The notes beneath the pieces are model-generated. The model was not told where the DNA came from, made no database searches, and saw only the letters and a list, made by a program, of their open reading frames with translations. A stretch of 64,000 nt of DNA, from the NCBI RefSeq assembly GCF_030144855.1, contig NC_082719.1, positions 28,024,001 to 28,088,000 on the forward strand, given 5' to 3'. The stretch comes from Hypanus sabinus (Eukaryota). The position numbers and the translations under genes were made by a program. Shown in pieces: positions 63,401 to 64,000 of the stretch. Within the stretch, counting starts at the first letter, position 1; each line of letters starts with the position of its first letter.

Positions 63401-63859
63401 AAGAAGAGTTAAAGAGTCAGTTTAAAGTCGGAACAGGCTTGAAGGGTCAAATGGTCTACTTCAGCGCCCAATCCCTATGTTCTAGTGGACAATTATATTT
63501 TCTTGGCAAAGACGGGAAACACAGCGTTACGGGCGAAGTCTGGGACTCAATATCCCGCTGGTTACTGGCCTAGTCTTTCAAATGAGCACGTCTTCAAGCC
63601 CCGAAAGGGGGGTGGGGGTGGTGGTCTCGGCCCAAGACTGTTCATTCGCCTCTTTAGATGCTGCCTGGCTCCAGCATTTTATTTGTCAAGATTTCCATCA
63701 TCTGTATAATGATGCAGAAAATGTCATTGGATCGTCGCCACGTAACATCTTACGAACTTAAGTTCAATGTATTAAATTAGGAATGAAGCCTCTTAAATGT
63801 TGTGAAAATATTATATTACCGATATTAGGGACGCGTTATAAGCGTCTCCACACCTCAGT

Positions 63860-64000
63860 GTAAATGTAGTGTATTCGCCGCAACTCCACGCAGGGACCCG
63901 TGACAACCAATCAGAGAGCGAAGCGGTGCCAGCAGCTGTCCAATCGGCGGAGGGGAAATTCAAACGGCGGGGCGGTTAATGTCCGCTCGCCGGTCCCCCG
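63860..64000. promoter_or_regulatory. GC-rich promoter of a gene beyond the window; two CCAAT boxes, CHR-like site and GC box
   Basis: CCAAT at 63907 and 63940 (33 bp apart), TTCAAA at 63959-63964, GGGGCGG near 63969; CpG density rises toward the edge. Confidence 0.7.

Overview
Eukaryotic genomic DNA from a vertebrate. The repeat content (Penelope, CR1, Rex1/Babar, V-SINE) suggests a cartilaginous fish, probably a ray; this is an inference. The window holds two complete spliced genes on the + strand: LAP3 (M17 leucine aminopeptidase, 13 coding exons, 9010-44148, 521/522 aa, catalytic motifs intact) and MED28 (4 coding exons, 47626-53980, 181 aa). About 10 kb of retroelement debris follows, then a GC-rich promoter at the right edge with cell-cycle-type motifs (CCAAT pair plus CHR), possibly for NCAPG. 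Most other sequence is decayed or nested mobile elements: Gypsy, CR1, hAT, Penelope-like, class III-like ERV, RTE, Rex1/Babar, L1, Tc1/mariner and SINEs. Nearly all six-frame ORFs outside the exons are TE fragments or noise. I cannot demonstrate a wholly new system. The best leads are: (i) about a dozen decayed or partial Penelope-associated minimal hammerhead ribozyme motifs, several as inverted pairs; (ii) a CpG-rich 51/54-bp minisatellite before the LAP3 ATG that creates an overlapping uORF, one stop codon away from fusing to LAP3 exon 2 through an alternative donor; (iii) an ERV bounded by inverted rather than direct LTR sequence; (iv) inverted CR1 ends around the in-frame catalytic exons 9-10. 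TE boundaries are approximate unless a TSD or TIR is cited.
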